This document shows positions 1 to 14,269 of a stretch of DNA of 64,000 bases, piece after piece (the first letter of the stretch is position 1; every line of letters begins with the position of its first letter). The notes beneath the pieces were generated by a model. It saw nothing but the letters and a program-made list of their open reading frames with translations, was not told the origin of the DNA and did no database searches. The stretch is from Octopus vulgaris (taxonomy: Eukaryota): contig OX597829.1 in the NCBI GenBank assembly GCA_951406725.2, positions 29,264,001 to 29,328,000 on the forward strand, read 5' to 3'. A program made the translations under genes and the position numbers.

Positions 1-89
1 GTGTGTATTTATTGTTCCAGAACAAAAGTTTCTCAGTAGATTGTATTACTATAGAAACTGAAGCAATATCAGTTGAAGACAATACTCAC

Positions 90-183
90 CAACAGTGTAC
101 ATGCTACAGTCATTGACTTTGTTAACAACACCTTCAGCTGAATGATTAGTCTCTGACATGTTAACCAGAACAGGAGCACCAAC
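90..183 (-). CDS. ARID4B: ARID4 ortholog, coding exon (gene continues beyond window start)
   Basis: 94 nt, atttttag|...|gtgagt. VGAPVLVNMSETNHSAEGVVNKVNDCSMYTV plus 1 nt, aligning to ARID4A [30 protein letters not shown]; ends in phase 1. Confidence 0.92.
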
Positions 184-686
184 CTAAAAATATTTAGTAA
201 TAATTAAAAATTGTATTGAAATATTTAGAAAATAAAAACACACTGCAAAATAAGCTAATACCAATTAAAAACATGTCTTTTGGAATTAATATAATAGAAT
301 ATTATGTTTGTAAATCTCCTTGCTTTTAAAAACTTAAAACTACTCTTAAAATTTAACATTTCAAGAGAAAACAAAATTAAATTGAAATAAGCCACTAAAT
401 TCAAATATCACTGCCTTTTTTATTCCATAGATGCCCATGGAAATTATATCTAGAAATAGTTTTATACATGGTACCATGGCTGTTATTTTCAAGGGGATTC
501 AACAACTGATGATCTTATAGATTCTATAATCTCTTGAAGAAGATAAAAAGCTCCCCATTGCCTGATTCATGTCCATCTGAGGATTTGAAATCATTACAGT
601 TGTTTAATAAAATAGTCTTAGAAATGGTCTGCTTCAATCCCAAAAGTTCATTAGGCTGGAATTTATCCTGGTTCCATGGTATTTAA

Positions 687-908
687 CCTTTTAGTATTCA
701 AGCCAGCCATATCCAGCCCAAGTATTCTATCTGTTTTGTGTTCAAACTCACCAGATCAGGCCTATCACATATACCCTACAATATCATTCTACAAAAATAA
801 ACAATCAGATCATTGAAATCTCAAAGCTATGAGATAATATATGATTAATTCAAAACAATGTGAATATATAAGCTTTGCATTTAACAGAGTAATCTGAATG
901 CTAAAAGA
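687..908. mobile_element. piggyBac-like MITE family 1
   Basis: TTAA flanks; TIR ccttttagtattca / tgaatgctaaaaga; inverted copy at 16258-16477. Confidence 0.72.
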
Positions 909-1374
909 TTAAGTAAAATGAAAGTACAAGACTCTCCCATCTCTGAAGACATCTGTCCATAACAATGTTACCCAAGTAAACCAACCACTGCTGCTGGACC
1001 AACCACTGCTGCTGGTACACATTTTCAGCAGAGTACACTGGAGCAATATGAAATGAAGTGTCTTGTTTAACAGAACAGAACATGCTGCTTAGTTCAGTAA
1101 TTGAACTCACAAGTCTAATAAAAATACTTGGTAATCATCATGATTCTGAAGTTGCAATAATGAGCTACAGCTATCAATGGCAGCTTCTATTTCTAAATGA
1201 GATAATTCAGAAAAAGTTATGTATCTAAATGATGATGGGATATTAATTGTTGACTCTTTGACTATTGACTCAACTAGTTTTCATTATTTCATAAGCCGTA
1301 TACTTAACTAACAATATTTAGAACAATCATAGAAACTGTCATTGTTCTCTGTGCAACTTTGAACATTTTTATCT

Positions 1375-1735
1375 TTCACTTGTTTCAGTCATTAGACTGA
1401 GGCCATGCTGGAGCACCTCATTGCAGAACTTTCACTCAAATGAAACCCAGTACTTCTTTTTTTAAGCCCAGTACTTATTCTATTGTTCCCTTTTGCCAAA
1501 ACACTAAGTTACAGGGAATATAAACACACCTACACCAGTTGTCAAGCAGCGATGGGAGACAAACACACATACACTAAAGATGGGTTTCTTTCAGTTTCTG
1601 CCTAGCAAATCTACTCCACTTGGGTTGGCCCAAGGCTTTTGTAGAAGACACTTGCCCAATATGCCAAGCAATGGGGTTGAACCCTGAACAATGATGTTAA
1701 GAAACATGTTTTTTTTTTTACCACATAGCTACAAC
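1375..1735 (-). mobile_element. SINE family A copy
   Basis: cttgtttcagtcattagactgaggccatgctggagcac...gtagaagacacttgccc. Confidence 0.8.
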
Positions 1736-4270
1736 TGAACAGATTTTCTTTCACCACAACTGAACAGACTTTCTTTTTATTATTATATGGGGGAAGAACA
1801 CCATCCATGACCCTTGAAAATCCTTCAAATCTCTGAGATGACGTTGATGTTTAGTTTGAATTTTTAATGGTCAATGTCTATAAGGGAAAAAAATATGGGT
1901 TAGGAAAACATTAGAGAGCTCTAGTTTTGGGATGATTAACTGATTGGGGGGGGGGGGTTTGCTTAATGTGAGAGCTGGAAGGAATCACAAGACAAGAGTT
2001 GAGAAGCATTAGGTACTGCAGATCTCACAAGTTCAGAAAAGCAGGAGTTGCTGAGTAGATAAAGAAGAGGCGGAGAAAACCATGTCTACAAGCCAGTATC
2101 TGGAGTATGAGTTTTCTTTCAGATGTGGTCTAAATTTTTCCCTCATCTCTGAAAATCACTCATTTGAGCTTTTTAAAGGCCAGCAATTCATCAAGAAGTA
2201 AAAATTGTTTTCACAAAAATAAAACCTTTATTGACTGGCTAAGAATTTAGCATATCATATTAAATTTTAATAAAAAGTTCACATGTATAAAGTAGATGAA
2301 ATTGGATACTTCAGTGTCTTCTGAGCTACACTTTAAATGCTACTTATGACTTTTAAGTTCAAAAGTCAGCAACGTCCAATGTAGCATTTTATCTGCATAT
2401 AATAAGATTTGTATCAACATCCACTGGTGCACCTATTGTACTCAAATGATTTTATTTATTACTACTTTACCATAATAGTGATGACTGACGTTTAGAAAAC
2501 AGTTTGAATAGAAACAATTGCTTAGGCTGGCAGATAATAAAGTTTCTGCACTATACTGGTACTTCTTCAATCTCACTATAAAGAAATTTCCAAAATCTAT
2601 TTTGGGTTTTGATATGTCTATTCACCCATGAAGATTTTAAACAGATAAACAAGTTCATTACAGACAATGTATCTCGTGGAAGGAATATTTGCTAAAAAGA
2701 TACAAGGAGTATATTTTTGTTCGTGACCTTGCCAAAAGAGGTTTGTTCATATATTATACAAAGCTGGTAACAAGTGCAATAGGTTAAAAAGAAAGCTTCA
2801 ATAAGCCACAACAACCATTATGGGCTTGAATCCCAAATTGAAAACATTTTAATTCACATAAGACATAATTCTATATTGCTTTTTAGCTTTTCGTGACTAA
2901 GAATATCATTGGTTGAGGGCACTGATGGACAGATCACAGCGGCGAAAGTAACAATGGATATCTAAACAACTGAGAGGGGACACCACATGTTATTTTTCTT
3001 TGAAAGCACCTATTCATCATTTTTCTTAAGTAATGTTTATGTTAGAAGCCAATTCACATTAGTGTGTGCGGGTGTGCTTGCATCATATATATGCATGGCT
3101 GTGTGTATGCGAGTTGATATCCATTACAATAGCATTGTTCATAAGAAATATATGTACAGTCATTGATCATTGGTAGACAGTCTACAAACAGACTTCATGC
3201 TGTCAAGTCAATTATTATATGTTTTCCTATGGTCTGTTAGAATGGCTCTGCAACTTTTACAATGGTTGACAAATTTACGAAATGTACCTACATAAAATTT
3301 TGCATGAAGATCAGTAAATCCGCAACTGGTACTCTTAAAGTGCTTCATCAGGATTTTGCTAAATATTATCTGGGATGAGTGCAAGTTTTTAAGTGGCATG
3401 CTCACTTCTTGCTGGTCCAAATTGATGAGCACTCGAGGTAACCAGTCACAAGCAAAACATCACAAAATTCAATAAATTCATCCTTAAAGATTGTTAATGA
3501 ATAATCCAAATGGAATCAGTTAGAGAGTCTGCCACAAGATTTTTAGAGAAAACCTGAATGTGCATAGCACTGCTACAAAGTTTGTCCCTTCAACTTGATC
3601 AAAAGCTGCAGCAACATCATGACACTTATGAGAAGATTAACATCAAGATGAACAGGCACAAAGAGAAAGCTCAAAACCTGTTTGTAGAAGATGGACTCGG
3701 GAGGCTGGTTACCAATCTTCATCACCTGCACTTGCATTTTCATTGCACTGTATAATCCCAACATGTACAGATCAAAATTTTCTCATAACATTCCACATAT
3801 GTGCATGCACGCACACACAGACACACACACATAATTGTTTGCCAAAACCAACACACAAGGGATTGGTTACCCTAAAGCTGCAATAAAATATAAGGTATTG
3901 CAAAGATAGATTGAACCTAATAACACATGGTTGTAAAGTGAACTTCTTAAGCACAGAGATAATGACGATTCCAATCTACTAATTAGTTTTATGATTACAA
4001 ACTGGATATCAGAATGAACAAAAAAGTTTTGAAATATGATCACAAAGAACTAAAAGATTGGACTCAACAACCCAATTCAAAGAATAACAAAGTAGTTCTG
4101 CCTGGCAGTGATCATTAAAGCAGGTTGTTAGAAATAAAGCTGACTCTTTCAGGTCTTCCCTGCACCCTAAGTCATTGGCTTCACTAGAAACAAATGATTA
4201 TCATTTGTATATGAAGAAGAGATTAATTACAGCATCTGAATTTAAACAATAAAAAGTAGAGTGTTTTTAC

Positions 4271-4336
4271 CTTAAGAGGGCCCTCAATACAGTCATCGGT
4301 AACAATTACAGATGTTTGACTTTCCTTTAAGAAAAC
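4271..4336 (-). CDS. ARID4B: ARID4 ortholog, coding exon
   Basis: 66 nt, ttttatag|...|gtaaaa. Only phase 0 is open: VFLKESQTSVIVTDDCIEGPLK, aligning to ARID4A [22 protein letters not shown]. Confidence 0.93.
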
Positions 4337-5203
4337 CTATAAAATAAAACAAAGATAGCATAAATATTTATTCTATGGAAAGAAAAACACAGCAGAATGT
4401 TCAAAGACATTATAACAAACAACAATAATAATACATATTCATATATTACTGCATTTAGTATCTGTTCTGTTAATGGTTGCAAATGTAATTACTTTCACAA
4501 TAAACATGTTAAAAATATGGTATATGTTCATATATGAGTGTATATGTATGGGAGTACATACATACACATTTCAATGCAATTTCTTTTCTATGACGAGAAC
4601 TTAAAAAAAAAAAAAACTTACACGCACATGCATTCTTCCAGTTCCTTCAATAATCAATTTCTAGTTGTCCTGAAGCCAACCTGCCTGACATCAACCCCTG
4701 ACTCTGTATGAACTTCCTGATTTAATGTGATCTAAATTAAAACCTTCCATCATAATTTCCTTGTTAATTTATGTTCCAAATACCAGCTTGATAATGAGAA
4801 AGTTATTTCTCTAAATTCTACATTAATATATATATTAACTGAAATAAAGGCAGTGTATTTCAAGAGAAACATTATAACAACAGAATCAAAGTCTGTTACT
4901 TTATTCCCTGCCTTTTCCTTTTCACACATAATATTAGTCCATAAATATGAGTCCAACAAAATGTATTTTCACTCTGACAAAACTTTCAGGTAAAATAAAA
5001 TATATTTTGTCAGACTCTCAGTTATGGATTGACACTTCTATCTTTGAGTTCTTTATTCTTAACAGCATGACAATGTTCTTTTGAGCCAGTTGTTTCCATG
5101 ACTAAACAGATACAAATGCAAGCAAGCGCACAGAGATGATTATTTATATCATCACATTTTGGGCAACAAATAAGATATATATCTATACATAGCGAGTGTA
5201 GTG

Positions 5204-5397
5204 GGTGGCACGTAAAAAGCACCCACTACACTCGCGGAGTGGTTGGCGTTAGGAAGGGCATCCAGCCGTAGAAACTCTGCCAGATCAGACTGGAGCCTGG
5301 AGCAGCCCCTGACTTCCCAGACCCCGGTCAAACCGTCCAACACGTGCTAGCACGGAAAACGGACGTTAAACGATGATGATGATGATGATGATGATGA
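5204..5397 (+). mobile_element. RTE LINE 3' end (young copy)
   Basis: aaaagcacccactacactc...ggacgttaaacgatgatgat, as in the 3' end of 10330-12050. Confidence 0.85.
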
Positions 5398-6519
5398 TAG
5401 CAAACCAAATTTGAAAGTAAGGGATATTATTACTACTAAACTGAGATCAAGAAAGTAACAAAATTAACTTCAAAGGTAGAGTCTCAGATTAAGTTTCCTC
5501 CCCAAGGACAGCAATGATCTCTGCAACAGGCTTCCAAGATATTTTCCAACAAATCTTACAATGTTTTGGTCACTTGCAAAAAAGCAGCGATTCATCCAAT
5601 ACAATTTAACAGACTCAATACATTCTGCTAGACCTAAAAATACACAACAGGTGGCTCTCGTTTTATAATGGCTCAAATAGAGACGTTATAAAATTATTCA
5701 GATTTACACCAGCCAGTTTAGAATTTAGACCATCCATTCAGTCCACATGGCTCCTCCTTTCCTCACTTTTGTTTTATTCACTCATCTTGCACTGATTGCT
5801 TGTGAATGCCATGATAGATGCATGTTACAATTAACGGTAATAAAAGGTTTTACAAATAAGTATACCCATGTGTGATAAAAGAAAATTTACTAGTGTGCAT
5901 CCAACACTTTGGATTTAAACTTTTCAGTGAGTACTGACACTTTAAACTGTATGCGTGTAATAATTACATTATTACTTATTATCTTAAGTAGGTCTAAGAA
6001 AGTATGCAAACATTTTACATAAATTTTAGTCGTAAAAGCTTATATTAAAATGGTTTACATAAACGAAAACTATATTTTTAGACGCATAGAATGCATCACC
6101 CGTCTCCCACCCACCATGTAATGGTTTTGTTTCTACATCAATTTCATTTACAATATCACTGAAGGAATGCAACACTGGTATAAAATGAGGGATCACCTGT
6201 ATTTACTTTGTTTCGGAAAATTGAAAGAATAGCTCTATTTTTTATTTTTTTCCAATGATTCTAGTAGATTTTTTCCTGTGAATTTAGTTGTTCTAAAGAT
6301 TGACAAGGGGGGGGGGGGGTCTTTAGCACCTGATTGACTCTATAATCAAAAAAGCACTATGATCCTCCTGTTGTTTTTCAGACATGTAGTATGAAGGACT
6401 ACATTATCCAATGGGTCTTCTCATTTTTAATTTATAAGACAGTAAGTAGAATGTGATTTAAACGAGCTTTGACTACTACTTATACAGATCAAGCAACTAT
6501 ATAAAGTCTGTTGCTTGAA

Positions 6520-7110
6520 TGATATATCAGTTGTATAAACAATGAATAGAAATGCACTGATCCCAAAAATGACTGCAACGCAGATAACTCCTTGGGTGCC
6601 AGCATGTTGATGACAGCGTCTACTTTAGGACCTTTTGAAATGCCTTGTTTGGAAAGTATGTGTCTCAAATATTCCACTTTGGGTTGGGCAAATTGACACT
6701 TCTCTCTGCAACATCAGAGCCCTTTTCTTGTAGATGCTGAAGTAAACATTTCAGGTTCTGTGAGACTCTGCATTCGGACCACTGACCAATATGTCATCTA
6801 AGTAGACACCAACACCTGACAGATCATTCATGATGTCATCCATTATCTTTTGAAAATACCCGGGGGCTGAAGAAATTCCAACAGGCAACACATTTTGAAG
6901 TAAAACTCCTCGGTGAGTGCTTAAAGCTAGACATCTTCAACTCCCTGGAGCAAGCTTGATTTGGTTGTAAGCACCCACGAGATCAATTTTTATGAATCCA
7001 TGACCTCCTCCTAATTTTTGCATCAGATCTTCTGGTGATGGAAGTGAATGTCGATGAGTTTCCAGCTGAAGATTTATTGTCACAGAATAATCACCACAAG
7101 CGTAGATAAG
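6520..7110 (-). mobile_element. Ty3/Gypsy LTR retrotransposon reverse transcriptase fragment (disrupted)
   Basis: CGDYSVTINLQLETHRHSLPSPEDLMQKLGGGHGFIKIDLVGAYNQI...LPVGISSAPGYFQKIMDDIMNDLSGVGVYLDDILVSG; YLDD at 6793-6804; stops and frameshifts; no LTRs seen. Confidence 0.9.
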
Positions 7111-7539
7111 TCTGTATTAAAACATAACAATAGGAGAGAGAAAACTAACAACCAACTGATTGTTCAATCAACACATTAAACAAACCAATGAATAGTTAGC
7201 TGGTAAAATAATGAAGTGATATTAAAATAGTGCTTGTGTTTATGTTAATTTTTATTTCATAATGACCCCTCTAGACACAACATATATAATATATTGTTTT
7301 CCAATTTTCTTCAAATTTATTAATAAAAGATACAATTATTTCTCATCACACAATTAGGCCATTAACTATGGGATGTGATAGAGTGAACTAATTCCACACA
7401 TGTATCATAATATCAACAACTTCTTTCAATTCTCTATTTCTTAGGCCAGTTATAATGGTAAAATAAATGGGGGGGGGGTCTCTCTCTCTCTGTTTTCTAA
7501 TAACTCCAATAAAATAAATTCTGTCAGTTGTTTCAGTTA

Positions 7540-7890
7540 TAAGACTTGTGGCTGTGTTGGGGTACCACCTTGAAAGGATTCCATTCATCAAATCAACCCC
7601 AGAACCTATCATGTTAAGTACTTATTTTATCAGTCTCTTCTGCAGATATAGGGTCGTTAATAAACCAACATTGATTGTTAAGCACTGAGAGACAAACACA
7701 AACATGCCATATACACAAACATACATACAATGTGTTTCTTTACAGTTTCCATCAACCGGATTCATTCACAGGATATTAGCTGGTTAGGGGCTATAGTTGA
7801 AGACATTTATCCAAGATGCCATGCAATGAGTTAGAACCTGAAACCACATTGCTGTTAAGTGAATTTCTTAGCTAAACAGCTATATCTGTA
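7540..7890 (-). mobile_element. SINE family A copy (diverged)
   Basis: Collinear degenerate match to 34043-34438. Confidence 0.65.
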
Positions 7891-10329
7891 CCAACATAAC
7901 CAAGTTAATATTCTAATACGAATCATCATTCATACTGATTTGAAGAGAGTAGATTTAGAAGATACTGAATAAACAAGATACTAAATACAAAAAATAAACA
8001 AGACACTAAATATGGTTCCACAACCTGCTAGAAATAGCAACCAAATCTCTCTCAAATCATACCCATACTGTCACCCTTTTGTTACCATATTTCTGTTGAA
8101 ATACCCTTCAATTAATTTTGAAAATAATGCAGGATTCAGTATCTAACTTTGTCTATATTAAGTACTTGGAGCATAAATCAATACCAAATTTTAATGGAAA
8201 GTTTTAATCTAGATAACTTTAAAATAGGAAGATTGCATAACAGAACTAGGAGCAGCTTCAGGTGGGTTGGTGTCCAAAGAGTTGAGGAAAAGACAGATTG
8301 GATAAAGCAGTTCTTGATATAATGTTTTAAAAAGGGGGAATCTTAAAGAGCAGAATGCCTTTGATCAAGTGTCTGCTATTCCAGGTCTGACCTGGGACAT
8401 AACAGCAGCAACTAGACATAAAAGAAAAGTTCCTGAAATAACCAGTGGTACTACTAAAGAAAATAAAAACTGTGCGGTTGAAAACTAAGTTTATTATACA
8501 CAGATAAATGAAGGTATTCTAATAAATTAAGAAAAAGAGAACCAAATTCACAGTAACAAAAGGAAGAACCCAAAGCAGTTTTGTTTTCATGCTTGCAAAG
8601 GAACATAGATGTTAAATCACCACTAAATCAACATATCCTCCAGCTCTATTCTTGAACCCAGTCTTATGATGATCAAAAATCTATACTTCAGTATGACCAA
8701 TTCTGTCTATTAAGTATATATTTTTAATATGCTTCATCAGAAAGTTCAGTTGTTTGCCAACTACACATCAACAAATGCTTTATCATCATCTAACAACTTA
8801 CATAAAATTGATCCTTTAAGTCAGGGGACTTGACTACAAATTCTGAATGAAGAAGCCATGTCATATTGATGCTAGTACTTGACTGGAATGTATTTTAATG
8901 ACTTACAAGATGAAAGGCAAATTTATCCCAGAGATAATCAAACTCAAAATGTATACAAAATATAACTAAATACAACTAAGTATTCTGTGGTTTACAGCCT
9001 TCTTCATAATAAACAGGCAAGTTTATCTGTTTTAACCAGAGTTAAGAGTCTTGGTTTTTGATGTCAATTTCTCAACCCATATATATAAGTGGATATAAGG
9101 TATAGATTTCATAATCAGCTTTTCAAAGACAGTTGATGCTATTTTATTGTCAATATTGACTACACATCATAATGCCTCCTAGTTATAGGAAAGGCCAGCA
9201 AGCCATAAAATCAATATCATTCACTTATAGGTTGTGGCATGGCAGTGTGGTTAATATGTTCACTTTGCAACTACCTAGGCTTCAGGTTTGATCTCATTGC
9301 AATGACACATTGGGCAAGTGTCTTATGAGTAAAATGTGGAAGGCAGAAAGTAGACAGAAATCCATTAGAGGAACCATTCATGTTCTTGAGTGGTAGACTT
9401 AACCTGTTGCCCAATTTAACACCATAATCTAATTATAGAAAAGCTGTCATACTAGTGATCATTAATACAAGAGGGAAATCCAAGTTGTTACAGAAAACTG
9501 TTGTTAATGGCTGTCTCCATCTGAGATACTGTGAAACCAATAGGATGTTAGTTGCCAGAATCCGAGGTTTCCTTAGATCAGGATGTATTTTTTGAGAGAA
9601 AGAAATAATTTCTTTCATTCCTGTCTGTATCTCTCTTATCTCTCATTGCAATGGCTACTCCCTGTTATTTCTCTTTGAAGCCTAGGGCTAAGGTTGCATT
9701 CTTCATCCATTTCCGGCTGTTGCCTCCACATCTGCCCCCCCCCCCCGACTTTCATTAGTTTATTCCATGTGTTCGGTGGCAGATGACACTTGAGAATATG
9801 CACAGCTAAGCTAAGAATCTCTCGTTTGTTTGTTCTAGCCCTTAAAATGACCTTTAGTATCAGTGGTTGCACCCACCCTTTCCCATCGCGCCACCAATAC
9901 CAGAAATCGCTTTCTCTCTCTCTCACCAGAAAATTTTCTCTTTCTCTCTTACCGGAAATCTCTTTCCCTTTCCCTCTTACCGGAAATTTCTTTTTCTTTC
10001 TTTCTCTCTTACTGGAAATTTCTTTCTCTTACCAGACCTCCATTGCCCTTCCCTTCTCTCTTTTTTCTCCACAACCACCCACCTCCCATCTCTAGACTAA
10101 CTAAACCACATAGTAGCCCATTTACTTTTTATTTATTGACACATTTATATCTGCAGCATCAGTAATGCTTCATCCACTAGGCTCATAGTGCTTATATCTA
10201 CAATGCCCCAAACACTTTCATATACAATGCTTACTCACCCACCTGCCCCCAGTACAGGTAACAACCTTAACAACTCTAATATGTTTGAATGATGGAAGGT
10301 GAAAAGCAAGAACAACTATTATGATGCCT

Positions 10330-12050
10330 GTTACCAAACATTCAACTGCTGAATGTGGAGAATGAATGGAGAAGGAGAGTCTACCAAAGGTTGACCCAAT
10401 TGAGGGTCCAGCTATCCGAATCAACAGCACTCAGGTAGATAAAGCAATTAAGGATATGAAGACAGGGAAAACCCCTGGCCTATCAAGAATCACCACTGGG
10501 ATGCTTAAAATATCAGGCGGTGTGGGTTATGGTCTTGTAAATCAGGTAGTTCGTGAAAGAGTTATACCCAATGACTGGTGTAACAGCACCATAGTCAACT
10601 GCTACAAGGGTAAAGGAAATGCTTTAGATAGAAATAACTATAGAGGTATCAAATTACTGGATCAGGTGATGAAAGTTACAGAGAGGATCATAGCCCAACT
10701 AATTAGGGAGAGAGTTAGCCTAGATGAGATGCAGTTTGGTTTTGTGCCAGGCAGAAGCACCACTGATGCTATATTTCTGATAAGGATCTGCAGGAGAAAT
10801 ACATAGCCAAAGATAAACCTCTGTACTTGGCTTTTGTTGACTTGGAGAAAGCCTTTGACAGGGTCCTCTGATCCCTTATCTGGTGGTCAATGCGGAAACA
10901 GGGGATAGATAAATGGTTGGTAAGAGCTATACAAGCCCTGTACAGGGATGCTGTCAGTAAGGTGAGGGTTGGCAACGAGTATAGTGAAGAATTCTGAGCA
11001 GAAGTAGGGGTTCACCATGGATAAATCTTCAAAACAGGCTGCCCCTGGGAGCTCCTTTATGTTGATGACCTAGCTCTAATAGCTGAATCACTGCCAGAAC
11101 TGGTGACAAAGTTTAGGGTGTGGAAGTAAGGTCTAGAATTGAAGGGCCTTAGGGTTAACCTAGCAAAAACCAAAGTCTTAGTAAGCAAGAAGGCTGTCAA
11201 ATCACAACCCCCTTCAGGTAGATGGCCCTGCTCGATCTGTAGAAAAGGCATGGGTAGAAACTCCTTACGATGTACCCAGTGTAAACTAGACATATAAAAG
11301 GTGCAGCAATATCAAAGGAAGGTCAACTGGGAAATTAGTTTTTGTATGTGACAGATGCACTGGGGCAATAAACACTGAAGATGCTCAAAAAACAGATTCC
11401 ATCACATGCCAAGGTAAGAAACTAGAAGTAGTTAATAGCTTCCAGGAAGACATGGCATGAGGTGGTGAAGCATAACCTTCGAACATTGGCCCTCACAGAG
11501 GCAATGATGGGAGACCTGGATCTTTGGAGATATGCTGTGATTGAGAAGAGCCGGCAACTTAAGTGAGATCGCAGCCACGCATGTCCAGCCCTCTTAAGAA
11601 TACCCCTGATGCGTCGGGCAATATGATATGCTTGAGAAGACCTGTTGAGTCAAGTAAAACCAATATCATAGCTGTGGCCAGTGCCCCCTGACTGGCTCCC
11701 GTGGTTGATGCCAGGACCACCTCACTGGCTCATGTGCCGGTGGCACATAAAAAGCACCAACTGATCATGGCCAATGCCAGTAACCCCTGACTGGCTCTTG
11801 TGCCGGTGGCACATAAAAAGCACCATCTGAACATGATCAATGCCAGGTCCACCTGACTGGCTCCCCTGCCAGTGGCACATAAAGAGCATCCACTACACTC
11901 CCGGAGTGGTTGGCGTTAGAAAGGGCATCCAGCTGTAGAAACATTCCAAGATCAGACTGGAGCCTCGTGCAGCCGCTGGCTCTCCAGACTTCAGTCAAAC
12001 CATCCAACCAATGCGAGCATGGAAAACGGACATTAAACGATGATGATGAT
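10330..12050 (+). mobile_element. RTE-clade LINE, 5'-truncated and internally deleted, with 3' UTR and (GAT)n tail
   Basis: KAIKDMKTGKTPG, YKGKGNALDRNNYRGIKLL, QFGFVPGRSTTDAIF, AFVDLEKAFD, LLYVDDL; 3' UTR with about 60-bp tandem units ending ttaaacgatgatgat. Confidence 0.92.
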
Positions 12051-14269
12051 GAAAGAGAGGGAGAGTTATTAAAGGATTTTATGAGGTTAGCAAAGAAAAG
12101 CTGTAGAATAAAAATATCAAATAGCCATGATAACCTAATTACATATCAAATAACCAAGGATGCACTTGCTGAGTTACATTCTAATCTTTCCCAATATGAA
12201 ACTTGTCAGTTTTATATTCTGATCTCTTAGAAATTCAGAGAAAAATTCATAGAAACATCTATTCTCACATTAGCAAACATTGCATCAAGATGGGTCGATA
12301 ACAATTGATTTACATTGTGCAATAAATTATTAATACTCAATCCATCACAGAGTAATAATATATTTCAGATGAACCAATTATTTTGTGATCATGCAGTCCA
12401 TTCCCAGGAGACAACCATCATAAAATAATAAAACAGCCCAAACCAATGAATATGGTAAACATGAAATTAGGCAAATAGTTTCCAAATCAAACTAAATATG
12501 AATGAAAAAAAAATGCCTAAATGATTGTTTCAGACAATCAAAATTTAAAAAGAGCAGTTATTCATTTGTTCAACATAAATTTTCCATAACATGCAAGAAA
12601 TGGGGAGTTATTGAAGGCATGATTTTACAACTAGATATTCATCTTACTGCCAACACTTACCTAATTTTCAAGGTAAGAAATTTTGTTTAGTTTTTTTTTT
12701 TTTTTTTTTTTGCTTAAGAGGTCTTTGAAAGTACTGAGTGACTGGCCATATTGTAAACAAAGAATGTCAACGTCAACAACACTTCACTCAAATGGTGACA
12801 AGCATGGAACATCAACATTCAGGAAGATACGTGCACTCATACACATGACAGGTTTTTTTGTTTTTGCAGTTTTCAACTATTAAATTCACTTACAAGGTAT
12901 TAATAAACCAAAAGGTTGTGGTAAAAAACATTTGTTCAAGATGCCACATGGTAGGGCTGAACTCAAAACCACGTGGTTACAAAGTGAACTTCCTAACCAC
13001 ACAGCAACGTCTGCCCCTTTAAGTAATTCTTAACATGTTTTAATGGGGAGATGGGTGTCGTAGCAGCAAACCCCAACTCATTACTTATGAAATGCATTGC
13101 TAACCAATATAATATCTAATGCAAAGACTTCCAACTAGAAATCCAAGTTTTACAAACCTTTCTTAAGTTTGTAACCTGAACTATTCATAAAAGAATTTTT
13201 TTTTAAGTAAAAACAGAGAAAACTTGCATCTTTAGTTCCCACAGTTAATAACCTTTCCAATGTATTTTTGTTTAACTTTATTATTTCATTCTAAACTACT
13301 TTTAAAACAAGACTAAATTTACAAATTTATAAACTTTTCCAATTACTCTGTGCTTATCAACACAGTAAATGTACCATCTTTAAGCTCTGAATTTCTAAGT
13401 TATTTTTAGATCACAGAGACCACGAGTAAAAAATTATTTATACAAAAGATGCTTGGAAGATTTCCAGACATTGTGTAAGGTTATAATGTGCCCAGACTGT
13501 TGAGCTATTTCAAAATTGTGATTATGATGCAAATGTGAGGAGAGTAAGAATGGTTGTTGTCTTTGACTTGAACAATAAAAGAGGACAACTTCAATTCTCA
13601 TTGAGTAGAAATTGGAAGGAAATATAAAAATACACTATATAAATGAAACTATGACCATCTCAAACAAACCAAGAGAAATCAATAAGTTTGTTATAGATTT
13701 ATAAATGTTAAAAACTAAAAAAATGTGTTTTATTCTATTATTTATAAAACAAAGCAATTTGCCAAACCTTTTCCTCTATGTGTGTGTGTGTGTGTGTGTG
13801 CATGTGTGCATGTGTGTGTACACACACATATATACAAAAAAACAATTTGGTATATATTAGTATTGTTGGTCAAGAAAAATAATAGAAGAGATAGCATTTA
13901 TAGAAATCTATATATAGAAACATAGAAATTAAGTAATCTAAGGATTCATGTGTTTGAAATGTACTACTGCAACAAAGATATACAAATGTTAACATGTTAT
14001 GATGACAAGATACTAAGAGAATAAACCTCTCCTTGTGCTTTAAAAAGTACAAAATTATGCATTTCTGATTATTTTGTATTGATACAACAGGTTGGAAAGA
14101 AGTTCCTGTTACACATTTGAAATTATCACTTTGAGTGTAGTTTTTCAAACTTATGGTAAAATAACCAATGTGTTGTTTTCTTTTTCATTCTTTCTTTGCA
14201 GTTACTTTATAACCAGAATGGTTAAATTCATATCAATTTCCCCTCATTAAAATGAGTTATGATCAGACA

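Noticed and set aside
979-1015. 18-bp tandem duplication (QQQWLV x2 in ORF 901-1110)
   Set aside because: Local slippage inside a degenerate repeat; no splice or homology support for coding.
3150-3770. Possible mariner remnant
   Set aside because: Only a faint resemblance to the 29649-30503 element, with no catalytic motif or TIR pair I can verify.
10366-10806. 146-aa ORF as a host gene
   Set aside because: Frameshifted RTE reverse transcriptase fragment.
11680-11890. CRISPR-like repeat array
   Set aside because: About 60-bp tandem units without unique spacers, part of the RTE 3' UTR, in eukaryotic DNA with no cas genes.
12652-12680. Back-to-back donor-like sites (minus AG|GTAAGT, plus AAG|GTAAGA)
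   Set aside because: The flanking ARID4 exons already join in frame with no missing residues, and no matching acceptor or coding signal was found.
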